A stretch of DNA of 58,938 nt, counting the filler, from Dugesia japonica (lineage: Eukaryota), in NCBI GenBank assembly GCA_001938525.1. It is 6 parts of 6 records of this genome, joined end to end, with 100 filler letters (N's around TTAATTAATTAA, not from the genome) between each part and the next. Parts side by side here need not be neighbours in the genome. Positions count along the whole stretch, not along the records: positions 34,832 to 43,855 come from MQRL01627836.1; positions 43,956 to 58,938 come from MQRL01607775.1; 4 more parts are not named here. One strand, given 5' to 3'. Position 1 is the stretch's first letter; each line of letters opens with the position of its first letter. The notes under the pieces are model-generated. The model made no database searches. It was not told the origin of the DNA and saw only the letters and a program-made list of their open reading frames with translations. Shown piece after piece: positions 37,396-49,485 of this stretch. Position numbers and translations under genes: made by a program.

Positions 37396-40182
37396 ATAGA
37401 TAAAAATAAATTATAGAAAATTGAATTAAATTTATTTATGAAAGATTTAAGTGAAAAGAAACTTGTACTAGGACATTATTTAACGTTATTTAGATAAAAG
37501 AATTTTAACTTTACATGCAATTAAGTGTGAAAACCATCAATTAGAATTTTAAAATTACAAATTCACTTTAGTAAAGTTATAAACCTNNNNNNNNNNNNNN
37601 NNNNNNNNNNNNNNNNNNNNNNNNNNNNNNNNNNNNNNNNNNNNNNAACAACTGCCAAATTTTCATTAAAATTCGTCAAAAAATTTAAATCTTTCAACTT
37701 CTACAAGCAAACCACAATACATTTTTAAATACAAATCATTTTAAATTCTTTTATTTATTGAATAATTCTTGAAAATCTTATTTAATATATTCGATATAGT
37801 TTATTTTTAATCTTCATAAATGACATAAATTTATCTTGAAACCCCTTCCCTTGTCAACAATTGTCAAACTCATTCAACTTCACTTCTCCAATTTCATTGG
37901 CATAATTAATTGTAGTAAAATACATTTTGTAAATCGTTTAAAACCGGCATATTTTTCATAATGAATATTTTATGACTATTTTAAATCTAACGATACTTTA
38001 GAAATCTAAATATGCATTTTAATGTTTTTACGAAATTGTTTTGTTAAGGATTAATTATAACTTTAAATACAGTGCTCCATTGTTAATTTCCTACTTTTTC
38101 GACAATATTTATTTGGGGGATGAACAATCAAAAGGGTATTATTAAAGCAATTCAAAATATAAAAATAAAACTTGAAAATAATTACAGTTAGTNNNNNNNN
38201 NNNNNNNNNNNNNNNNNNNNNAAAAAATTATTCTTTCATCTTAGATTGGAGCTATACGATTTGGTGAATGGATTGAAAAGCAAACCTAAATTATTCAAAA
38301 TATCACTAGAAAAAAGAATTTTTTTTGAGCATTACATTCAAACGGAAAACTTTGAAGAATATAACTTTACAGATAACATTTTAAGTTTATGAATATGAAG
38401 TGATTTCAGAATTTGAGGATTTCAAGAAATCGGAGAATATCTTTTCACTTTTTACAGATTCAGTAACTATTATTATTAACAAGTATTATATCTGAATACA
38501 AATTGGAATTTTGTAATCACAAAGGAAACAGATCTACATTTCTTGAGTCTCTTTATTGATCGATTTCAAAAACTTAGTGATTTTCGTTTAAAAAAATTAG
38601 TTTGATGATCGGATTTACTTTTATTTTTGAAAATTCTTTTTCAACAATGAATTTTATAAAATTTGAGTATAGATCTTCGTTGTCTGGCAAGTCACTTAAT
38701 CATGNACTGAATTTGGCAACAATTAATTATATTTATACGTGGAGATTTGTAAAATATGCATTATTAAAGAAACAATTATTTTATTAAATAAATATTATTG
38801 AAAACAAAAATCGCCGGTCCCTCTGATATTCTCTTAAAATTTTTTGACCCGCAAATATTTTAGACTTGAAAAGACTTGATTATAAATCATTAAAAATTAG
38901 ATTTGTTTTAGATTTTTTTTCTTCGTAAGTTACGTTATTATAAATTACATAACAATTAATTTAACAAACAATTCAAAAAAATCATTTAATGAAAAATTAG
39001 CCGGACTTTTTCACAGTCTGAAATTCAATTTAATAACATTATTTTAATGTAATTTTTTTATTGTAATAAAACTAATGGAAAATCAACGAGAAGTATTGTA
39101 ATTATAATAACAAATAATAAATGTAATTATAATTAAATGGTTGTTCATTCGATGTAATATAATATATTTCTTTGAATTTAACGCAGTGGGAAATTTTAAT
39201 CTTTTGTTCATATAATATAGTTAATTGGTATCTAATTAATGTCATGTCACAGCGTGAAATGTATTTATAACAGCTATTAATTATAATATTTGCAGCTTTG
39301 TTCTTTTTTACAGATTCAAATAGTATATAATCTCGTGAAAAGGATCTAATTTTTATAATAAAAGTTGAAATCACTTTATTTATTGTTTAAATCGACATAA
39401 TTTAAGCTAGATTTTTTAAAAAATTAAAAATAGATTTTACTTGTTTATCATAAGTTACATTTTATTTACCGAAAATTTCAAATTTTGTTTATAAAATCAT
39501 ATATTAACACACAATCACATGATTCAATACTACTTGAGTGTGTATTTTGAAAATCTAATCAATCAAATTTAATTTGTAACATACGAATAACTGTTATTTT
39601 GTCAATTAACTTTAAAAACCTGTGTTTTGTTCACTTTAATTAATGTTTGAACTTTCTTTTAAATGTGAAATTAATAGAAAATTTTTAATATTAACCTATT
39701 ATGTTCTCTGGAAAACTGTAAATTGTAAAATAAATCGTAAACTCAAAATGTTTAGTTCTATTAAAAATAACTAGAAATTATGTNNTGAAATACTCAAATG
39801 ATTTCATCCACCAATTATTTATGAAACTGAATGGACATGAAAGCAAAATTTTCTATATTTCTTTCATTATTTTACACAATTTTACTTATGTTTTAAATTA
39901 CTAAATAAACGTATCATAGTAGAGGACAAATTCAATGTTTTTATAATGAAATAAAATCTTCAAACAGCAAATAAGGATGGTTTGCTTGTTTTGGTCAATC
40001 ATGACTGATTTGATTCATAATATTTTGAATATAGAGTGGAATAATTTTTCTATGAACATAATTCAATTTAATTGAGATGTCATATATATGTGAACTTCAG
40101 ATCAGTTCAATGAAAATTGCGTTTCACGAATATTGCGCACATGAAAATTGCACATAATATGAAATTGTTATATGATATCATA

Positions 40183-41550
40183 TGTGACAATTAATTTAAA
40201 TTAATTGCTTTAAAATTAGTTTAAATTTGTTTTTGTAGTAGAATACATTTTCAAATTTGGATTTTTAATTATATTCAGTTGTAAATTGTCACAATGGCGT
40301 CACGAGTGAATCAATTCGATATTAAATTAAAAAATTAGAACTTAAAGTTTAAGAAAAGAAGCGTCAAGAAGAACGAGAGGATAGAATACGACAAGAAGAA
40401 AGAAAAGACGAGATGAATTCGATGAACGTTGAAGACAAGATGAATTAGATCAAAGGAAATTAGAATTTGAAGAAATAAAATTAGCAATCGAAGAAGCAAG
40501 ACAAACCGAAAATCTTCAATGTAATATGTCGAACGTTTTGCTCAAACCAATTGCTTTTCAGCCATATGTAGAAGGTGATAAAATTGAGATCTATTTAGAT
40601 AATTTTGAGAGATGGGCTACTACTCAAGGAATCAAACATAACGAATAGAGTATATTTCTACAACCGGGTAAAGCTAGAAAAGCTTTTTTAAGATTACCAT
40701 TAGATGACTCAAAAAATTACGATATTATAAAAAATGCGATTTTAAATAAATTCAAACTGAATCCAGAACAATACCGAAAAACATTTCGATCAATACGAAA
40801 GCTCGAGTCATCAGTCCGTATGCCAGTCCTACCTTATTCGTTCAAAAAAATGGAACACTAAGATTGGTACAGGATTATCGGTAAATTAATGAAAATACAC
40901 TTTCTGACTGCTATCCAATGCCAGAGATCGAGAAAATTATCGATTCTTCAGGAAATTCAAAATATATTAGTACAATTGATCTAACGAAAGGATGTTATCA
41001 TTTGCCAGTAAAATTCCAGGACAGATCTAGAAGTGCATTTATTACTCCTTTTGGTCTTTATCAGTTTAAAAGAATGTCATTTGGATTTAAAAATGCCCCA
41101 GCAACTTATCAAAGAATGATGGATAGTCTACTTAAAAATATTCCTAATACTGCTCTTTTTTAGATGATATTATAGTCTATTCACATACGAATTGAGATCA
41201 TATTTAAACTTTAGAGAAGGTACTCAAAGCATTTTTGGCAACCGGTTTTACAGTTAATCTTATAAAGAGTAAACTTATGTTGTTTAAAACCGAGTTCCTA
41301 AGTAAGATGATTGGGAATGGAGAGATTTCCCAATGACAAACAAAGTTGCAATAATACAAGATCTCCCCGCTATAAATCGAAGAAAGAGGTTCATCAGTTT
41401 ATGGAAATGCTGAATTATTATAGAGTTTATATCAGTAATTTAACTATCATTGCTTCGCCATTAACAGATCTCCTAAACAAGAAGATGTGTAACAAAGTAA
41501 AGTGGAATTCAGAATGTGAAGAAAACTTCAAAAAATTTAAATTGATTGAT
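40183..41550 (+). mobile_element. Internally deleted Gmr1-like Gypsy element (5' LTR, PBS, SCAN-type gag, RT)
   Basis: 111-bp LTR 40183-40293 with TGTGACAATT/AATTGTCACA ends. PBS TGGCGTCACGA (tRNA-Ser type). gag IEIYLDNFER..GKARKAF..YDIIKNAIL..PEQYRKTFR. RT IDLTKG..AFITPFGLYQF.RMSFGFKNAPATYQR..FLDDII. Confidence 0.85.
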
Positions 41551-42844
41551 TTAAAATTTATTTAAATTTGTTGATTTTGAAGTAGAAAACATTTTCAANN
41601 NNNNNNNNNNNNNNNNNNNNNNNNNNNNNNNNNNNNNNNNNNNNNNNNNNNNNNNNNNNNNNNNNNNNNNNNNNNNNNNNNNNNNNNNNNNNNNNNNNNN
41701 NNNNNNNNNNNNNNNNNNNNNNNNNNNNNNNNNNNNNNNNNNNNNNNNACATTTCATTATTGCAAATTAGCTATTCTCCTCGATCACTTCGTTAATTTGC
41801 AATCTTTTATATTTCTTAATAACTATTTTTCAGACGAGAAGATGCAGCATTTGTTAAAGTTAACATGATTTTTACAATTACATTTATTGCGACAATAATT
41901 GTATTGGGTATTTCTACTTAACAAGTTAATTTTTGGTTCGTTACTTTAAAACTATTGACTGAAAAAATATGTTTGTGAATTTATGGGTGTTGCTTTTTTC
42001 CTTTGTATGTTAATACAATTATTATATAATTAATATAATTATTCAAAATATTGATATAGTAATATTCGTGTAACTTTCTTATATAAACAAACTAATCAAT
42101 ACCTTTTAAAATTTATTTTTGGTATAAAACAAATACAAGTGATTATAAGCTATTCAAAACCCTATTAGCTAATTTTATATCAAACTGGAGCTGCTTCCCA
42201 CAAAACTCAGAGTCCAGATGACAATTTTTCACTAAAAAATAATTAAAAACAATCAGTATTTATACTGATTTTGGTAAGCAGACCTATGTACTTAAAACAA
42301 AAATTTTACGACAAATTATTTTCTTTCAAAAATATACATGCAAAACAAAATTAAAATATCAAATCACTAATTATTTTTCTTCCAAATAAAACAGCATACA
42401 GATCAGTTTACATAAAATATCAGTTTGTTATTTACAGAAAATATCAGTTTGTTGTCCTTAAAATATATTTTTTTTCCAGAAGAAATCGAGTAGAAATCGT
42501 GACTAATTAATTTTTTTTAAAATAACTTTGTACATAAATGATTTACAAATTATTATAATAATAATTACAAATTAACTATATAAAAATAAAAATAGAAATA
42601 AAAATAAATCAAAATATTAAAATGATGATCAATGTTCTGTGAATCAATAATAAAGTCTAAAAATCAATTTATGGGATATTACATCGTTTGTTGAACTGAC
42701 ATCACTTTCTGAGTTGTTGGTTTGAATATTGTGGATTGATTGATGGTCATTGCATCGCATATTGAGGATTTGTTGTTTATGTGTATGAGCGATAATTGTG
42801 TATAATTGTATGTTTGTTTGTATGTTATGAGTATCGGTGATTTC

Positions 42845-42945
42845 AACAATTGTTGAACTTAAACATTGATCGCATTTGAGATTTCATTAAAATATAAGCT
42901 TCGATAAAAATTTTGTTATGCTTTTCATTATTTGAATTGACGAAT
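42845..42945 (-). repeat. PLE family A pLTR fragment
   Basis: cattgatcgcatttgagatttcattaaaata is shared with 49451 and 53571. Confidence 0.75.
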
Positions 42946-43049
42946 ATTGTATTTGTTGTGTTAATGATTCAATTTAATTAAACTTTCTAAAAATTTTATT
43001 TACAAATATGATATTTAAAAAAATATCTTTTAATTTTAAAATGTTCTTC

Positions 43050-43340
43050 ATCACTCCCCGTTTTTAATTGAAAGCTCCAAAAAAATTGCTGGCTTCAATC
43101 TTTTTATTGAAACGATCTTTGGAGAGCCATCTAAATTTATTTCAAATGTTCCTTTATCATCACTGCAGCTAAAACCTGGAATTGACCCTCATATGGATTA
43201 TCGAACCCAATAGAAATCTCTACTCTCGACCAAACTTTTTGCAGTTCAACAGATCTTTATTGACTCTCGACTTTCTATTTGATCTCCGGTAAGTTTTTAA
43301 CACTTCTAATTCTTGATGTTGTTTTTGATTTTTTCGACGG
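43050..43340 (-). mobile_element. Gypsy integrase C-terminus plus PPT remnant
   Basis: PYEGQFQV...GTFEINLDGSPKIVSIKRLKPA (GPY/F module), then AAAAACGGGGAGTGA-TG. Confidence 0.6.
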
Positions 43341-43855
43341 ATGGTTCATGGTCGTCTAACATGTCAACTGATTTTATGATTATTAGTTGAACTCAAAAAC
43401 TCACAACTCTCCATAAATTTTTATTGTTTATTACAAGTTTTTTGATTAAAGTGAAAAAATATGAAGAACAATTTATGTGTATTACATAACTTTTGCTCGT
43501 ATTTTTGAATAATTTACCGAATTATTCGAATTTTTAAATTTTTGGATGATATAATTAGGAAATTTTTCGAGAAAGTTTATTTTTGTATGATTTTAGGTAA
43601 TTATTTCCTCTGGTTGGTCTGTTTCGGTAGAATTATTTACGAAAAATCGTGGGAAATAGATGAATTTGTTTAAATAATTCAAATAATTAAAATTTTTAAG
43701 TAAATCCGGAACCTCTGAAATTTCGAAAATTTTTGAAAAATTTTTTTATTGAGATTTTTACATCAATCGATAGAAAATTCGATGGAGATAATTTTTCGCA
43801 AATAAAAATTTTTCGAAAAAATTATTTCTCATCTTTACATAAAATAATTATATCT

Positions 43856-43955
43856 NNNNNNNNNNNNNNNNNNNNNNNNNNNNNNNNNNNNNNNNNNNNT
43901 TAATTAATTAANNNNNNNNNNNNNNNNNNNNNNNNNNNNNNNNNNNNNNNNNNNN
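43856..43955. other. Artificial contig linker
   Basis: N44-TTAATTAATTAA-N44. Confidence 0.97.
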
Positions 43956-44437
43956 GAAATTATCTACCAAATTCCCCTGAATCACCCAAAAATCGACCTT
44001 ATTCGACCTTACCGACGGAATTTTGGACAAAACCACCTAAAAACAATAAAAATTGACCTTATTCGATTTCACCAAATGAATTTCCAATTAAAAAGCCTAA
44101 AAAATATTGCTGCTTAAAAAGCCTAAAAAATTTTCCCAACTAAATACACATGAATAAATAACACCACATTACCGCTTAAAAAGCCTAAAAAAATTTTCCC
44201 AACTAAATGCGTAAAATTTCACCGATAAAATTAATCTCATGACATAATTTGTGTGCAAAAGATTTTCCCAACTAAATACACAGGGAAAAAGTAACACCAA
44301 ATTAAGTACTATTACGTAAAAATGTAATTTTTAAATTCCCAACTAAATACATTAGGATTATATTTCATTACGTTACGTCACGGCGTGGGAGGACTACTGA
44401 ATGTGTGCATGGTGCGGACTGCTACTATCTATCTACT
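43956..44437. mobile_element. Polinton/Maverick-like terminus inserted into a Gypsy integrase
   Basis: Ends in ACTATCTATCTACT (44437), the same terminus as 52382. Internal repeats TTCCCAACTAAAT x4, AAAAAGCCTAAAAAA x3, GACCTTATTCGA x2. The Gypsy IN frame is cut exactly at the junction. Confidence 0.65.
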
Positions 44438-45185
44438 CCCGTCATCTCTCTTCAATAAGTATCTTCGATCGTTTACTTTTTTTACTATCTGGTAAGGCCC
44501 CTCAAAACGTTTTTGGTCTTTATTCCTGTTTTCGCTCCTTACTGACACTTCCTCTCGATCTTCGAAAGTTCTTTTGGTTGTCGTCTTTGGTGCCGTGTTC
44601 TCTGCTACATGTTGATTCCAGTTTTCCCTTGCTATTTTTTCCAAAGATAAATTCCGCAAGACTGGTATTTATAGATTTTTGCCACGTCGAATTTAATGCA
44701 AATTCTATTTCTGGCAGTAATTCAGCCCAATTTCTGTCTTCTAATGTTGCATTTAACAAATACCGTACTGTCCTTAACTGTCTCTCAATTTGCCCATTCG
44801 TATTATGGTGGTACGGGCTCGAAAAACATAATTCTACGTTCCATCTCTTGGAAAATTCGTCCATTGCCTTCGATTCAAAAGACCGTCCACAGTCCACGTG
44901 AATTCGCATTGGACAGCCAAACTTGATTAGCCAATTATGCAAAATAACTTTCTGCATTGTGTTGTCATCTTGCTTGTGGATTGCTACCAACAACATGTAC
45001 TTGCTACATTGGTCTATTATTCCGAGGATATACTTCATCTGTCTCGTCGTCTCCTTGAATGNNNNNNNNNNNNNNNNNNNNNNNNNNNNNNNNNNNNNNN
45101 NNNNNNNNNNNNNNNNNNNNNNNNNNNNNNAGACTTTGTGTTTCTGACATGCCTGGCATGCGCTTATGATTTGTCTGATCTTTGT
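44438..45185 (-). mobile_element. Gypsy integrase remnant
   Basis: CQACQK zinc motif; KYILGIIDQCSKY..FGCPMRIHVDCGRSF..SPYHHNTNGQIERQLRTV; RFEGPYQIV. Confidence 0.9.
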
Positions 45186-46869
45186 CTTCAGATTCTTTAT
45201 TTCAGATTTCTTTTTTTCAGATTTCTTTTTTTCAGATTCAGAACCTTCAATTCAAGAAAATCTTCTCTTATGTCGAAGCTAATCGAGAATTCATATCCAG
45301 TCTATTTATATGTGATTATACAAATTTATATATTATTATAGAACTATTTAATATTTAAACATGTGTAAAAAAACTTCCACAAGGAAATTAAAATTTTAAC
45401 TTAATTTATCAATTTAATTAAAGTTTTTCTAATTCAAAAGTTAATGACAATTTGAGGAAAAATTAAAAAATAAATGACCACTAAGTTAAAATCAAAAACT
45501 AATGACTACTGGCAAGAAATCAAATTTTAGTACTCATTTCTAGAGAATTCTTTATTTAACTGGTTAAATTAGCTTTTATGTACACTCTTTGTGCGTAAAT
45601 TCACATACGGGTACACCTTACACGTTCATCAACCTCGAAAATTCTTTAGTCATCTGAGCTAACTTTGTGCGTTTGTTCATTAACATATTTTATTTAGTTT
45701 AGTAGTATATGAATACATGTCATGCACTCAGCAACTTATATGATTACGTAAGATTTTTGTCCCCAAAGTACACAGTTTGTGTCTACATTCATCTGCCCGT
45801 ACATTTAATGTGCACTTTAGTCACCTATTAGCACACCTTTTCCCCTCATTAATCATTAATATCACTTCATTTGTATATGAGTTCACTAATCATATTCTTT
45901 ATCTCAGTGAGTGGACATATATCCTTTGTGTACGCAATTTTGTTTATTTAAAAAGTTTTATGTGAAATGTGTGGGTACATTTGTTTTTACATTCAACTAC
46001 TTATTCCTTTTTTGTATTTTGGTCATCTATGATCTCATTTCAAGCACTCCTAATCTTATTTGATACCCTAGTTATTTATAAGCTTATTACAAGTGCTCAT
46101 CTATTTATATTTATCCATAATTTAACTGCGTATCCACTTTTTTATTGATCATGAAAGGACAATTCATATTATTTTGTACTTTTTTGGTGTTTAATCCAGT
46201 ATTAAAATAGGTAATTAATTAATATTTCATTTTAATTAATTTTATTCTTTAGCAAATCTACGAAGAAGCAATTTCAATTAATCAAATAAAACTGAAGATT
46301 ATAATTTTGACTAATGAAAAAAATTGTTTTTTTGTCTCTTTGTGTATTATTATTTTTTATCCCTGAAAATTCAAATATTAATGCCCACTAAAGAGATTCT
46401 TAAACTTTGTGTCTATATTAATCTACTTAAACAGTTTAGTAGTTTACGAGCCTATTTATTGTTTTCTTCAACTCATGATAACTATGGATATTTATGAGAG
46501 AATTTCGTGCAATTATTAACAAGTAAAATCACCTAATTATCTAAAAGTACATTTCTCGTGCTCACCAGCTTATATTGCGATACTCATCCCTAAATTTTAA
46601 AAACCAACATTTTTTATTTTAAAATTTATAATAAAAAATGACAAACAAAATCAAAACATAAATTTGTATGTTTAAATCGAATTATAAGCACCTAAACATT
46701 TCTTAATTCCGACTGAAACTGATTATGTAAAAACTATTTAACAACTAAATAAAATTAAACTTTAGAAAATTATAATCATTCAATAATTTTAATTTATCTA
46801 TTCAAATTATATATGTTAGGTAGATCTTCAATTGGTAATTCATAAAAATAAAAAAACTATTATTTTTAA

Positions 46870-47380
46870 TTCATTGAATCCACATGCATTGAAGAGACTT
46901 CCCGTCATATTTGTTCAAGAATTCAAGAGCATCGTCGAGTAGGTAGTGTAAGTAGTATTGCTGAATATAATATTTATTGTAAATCAGTTATCAGTATAAA
47001 TAATTTTAAATTTTCCGGCAAAAACTTTCAAGATTATTGGGAAACTGTTGTATGTCAAGCATTGATGATTAGATCAATTGATTCAAAAATTACTGTTCCA
47101 ACTGTTCTTTCTAAATCTTTATTGAATGTTTTTAATTAATTTGATTTATTGAATAGATTGCATAATTGTTAACATAATCAGAATTTTTTTATATATATCA
47201 ATTTTTTTAAAAAAAGGAAAAAAGGAATAAATATTGTTCCAATAAAGAATTTTGAAAAAAGAATTAAATTATTGTATCTGAAGATGACAGATATTCTGTT
47301 GAAACATGTAATACAAAACTATATATTTAAATGGCGTTTCAAAGTTTATATTAAAATATTGCCATTTTTTCGATTATTTT
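46870..47380 (+). mobile_element. Penelope-like element 3' end (family B): GIY-YIG endonuclease plus pLTR
   Basis: STCIEETSRHICSRIQEHRR..SSIAEY..C...NNFK...YWETVVCQALMIRS is a decayed YIGET.R.L..R..EH GIY-YIG; a hammerhead follows ~140 nt after the stop. Confidence 0.85.
47272..47316 (+). ncRNA. Minimal type I hammerhead ribozyme (PLE family B)
   Basis: ttgtat-CTGAAGA-t-GACAGA tat TCTGTT-GAAA-catg-TA-atacaa. Perfect 6-bp stem I, 6-bp stem II (basal G-U), palindromic ACATGT stem III, GUA cleavage triplet. Confidence 0.85.
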
Positions 47381-47719
47381 AATTATATCATTATTTTTAA
47401 ATAAAAATAAAAATTATATCATAAATAATGGGAAACATTCATGCCTAAATATGGTTTTCTTAACACTACTCAAACGTTTAACTAAAACATCAATTAAAGA
47501 AATTAATTAATTTGACAAACGCAACTGTAAATAACAAAGGAATAATAAAAAATAAAAATTGACTAATAATTAAAGAATGACAGTAGCGCAAAGCCTTGCA
47601 TACCCTCCTGGGGGTGGAGTTTTTTAAAATTGGTGATAAATTTTTAAAAATAAATAAAAAAATAGTATTATTTTTTGAACAAACCTTTATAAGTGGCGCT
47701 AGTTTTTAGGATTTGTTAG

Positions 47720-47790
47720 CGGAAATTTTTGTGAGGTTGAATCAGGTCTATTTTGTGCTGGTTTAGGTGATAATTTACTTTGTGAGATCA
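47720..47790 (+). repeat. Dispersed repeat (GTGAGGTTGAATCAGGTC family)
   Basis: Matches 22585-22650. Confidence 0.6.
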
Positions 47791-48349
47791 AATGTGTGCA
47801 ACCTTGTCGTCTTAGGTGAATTCAATCATAAATAATTATAGATATTACTAAATCAAAGAAAATTAAGAGAAAATTGAATATCAGAGAAAAGAATTTGTTG
47901 AATAAATTAAAGAAAAATAAAGGAATAAAAACGATATCAATTGATAAAATAAACCATTACTTTTAAACAATAAAATAGAGAAATAACAATATTATAAAAG
48001 AAATTGCTCAAGATAATAATGCAAAACCAATTAAACGGTATATTATAAATTTTTATTTTGAATATCAATAAAGGTAATAATTGATGATTCTCGTACGAAT
48101 ATTTACTCCTTAATTGTAAATTTATCATTGATACATAAACGGAAATTCGAAATAAGTCAATTCTGATAATATCATAACAAAATTGTAATAATATTTCATA
48201 AACTTTAATAATAATATTTAATAAGACCAAATAGAAATACACAATTGTATATCTTCCAGAATATATTAATTGGCATTTCAACAAATACTTCTTACAACCT
48301 GAGTACCAGGGTAATTAATTTATTTTTGTAGTATACATTAATTAAAGCA

Positions 48350-49250
48350 TAACCATAGAAGTCAGGTTTTATAAGTATTGAAAAGAGGCGTACAAAACCA
48401 GAAATCTCATTTAAATAGTCTAAATAGTGTCCTTAGTGCCATCTATTTAGTAAGCAAATGTTGCTCTACTCAACATTGTTGACTATGTGATGTCAAGTGT
48501 AATAAAATATCTGAGTTCAAAACAAATGTTTGAGATTGATCAAAGAGTTGTGTACTTCATTGCACGTGACGTTAGACTAAATATTACTAGAAATTAAGTT
48601 GTCTTTTGAAAATTAATCTGGAGCCACAATTCGTAATTAAGTTACGTGTCACAATAACAGCGCAAATAAAGGTAATCTACTTAAATGATGTGTCTCATCT
48701 AAATACCAAATTTTGTGGTATTTACCGTGGGTATGCTGACTTTCATGAAAAACATTGTTTTTATAACCATGGCCATCTATTGGTTAACCATTGAACTGGC
48801 AATAGGTGTCTGCTCTTGTGTAGACAAGAGAGATGAGAAAGAATCACAACGTAGAAAATATGAGCATTCGTTCATTTGCTGCGTCAATTGAGTGAGGTAT
48901 CATAAATGATAGAATTGTAGCAATTGTTCATGATACTATATCTTAGCAATTAATCTGCCAAAATTNTTATGCAACCACGCTGTAATTAGCCATCAATTTT
49001 GCCTTAAGAGTAAAAACTATAGAAAATGTGTTGGGCGCTGTCTATTGCCTAACTTGACATTTTATGCACATTGTACTGTCAACTGAATCATTGCGTTCAA
49101 ATTAAGTAACACTGCGTAGAGTCGATACACTTTTATTTCTGTGACATGTTTCAACTCGGTCAGTACTTTGATTGGAATCAGTAATATCAATGCTCAATTA
49201 TCATTCTCTGGTTCTGCTGAATGACTCAATAGCTATATTTAGCAGAAAGA
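48350..49250 (+). mobile_element. Highly decayed hAT (ZBED1/Ac-like) transposase
   Basis: VVYFIARDVR...LEPQFVIKLRVTIT resembles hAT FI..D..P..GF..LEP.Y..PSR.TIT. Later traces resemble C..H.L.LAI and DV.TR.ST. Confidence 0.55.
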
Positions 49251-49407
49251 ATTAAAAAATAAGGCTTTTGCAGAAACAAACTTGAAGGCTTTTATTAAAA
49301 ACATATTATTGTTGATATTTTATTTAGTTTAAATTTAGTTTATGTAATAATTGAAAACATTATAAAGTAGTTTTGTCGTATATATAAAGTTCAGAACTAG
49401 ATCCATA

Positions 49408-49485
49408 TTTTATAATTACAATTATTGTGAGAATAATTGTTGGACTTAACCATTGATCGCATTTGAGATTTCATTAAAATAAGAA
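49408..49485 (-). repeat. PLE family A pLTR fragment
   Basis: Nearly identical to 53528-53605. Confidence 0.8.

Noticed and set aside
44401-45341. Plus-strand ORFs of 166, 134, 76 and 74 aa
   Set aside because: Antisense shadows of the Gypsy integrase or N-spanning artefacts.
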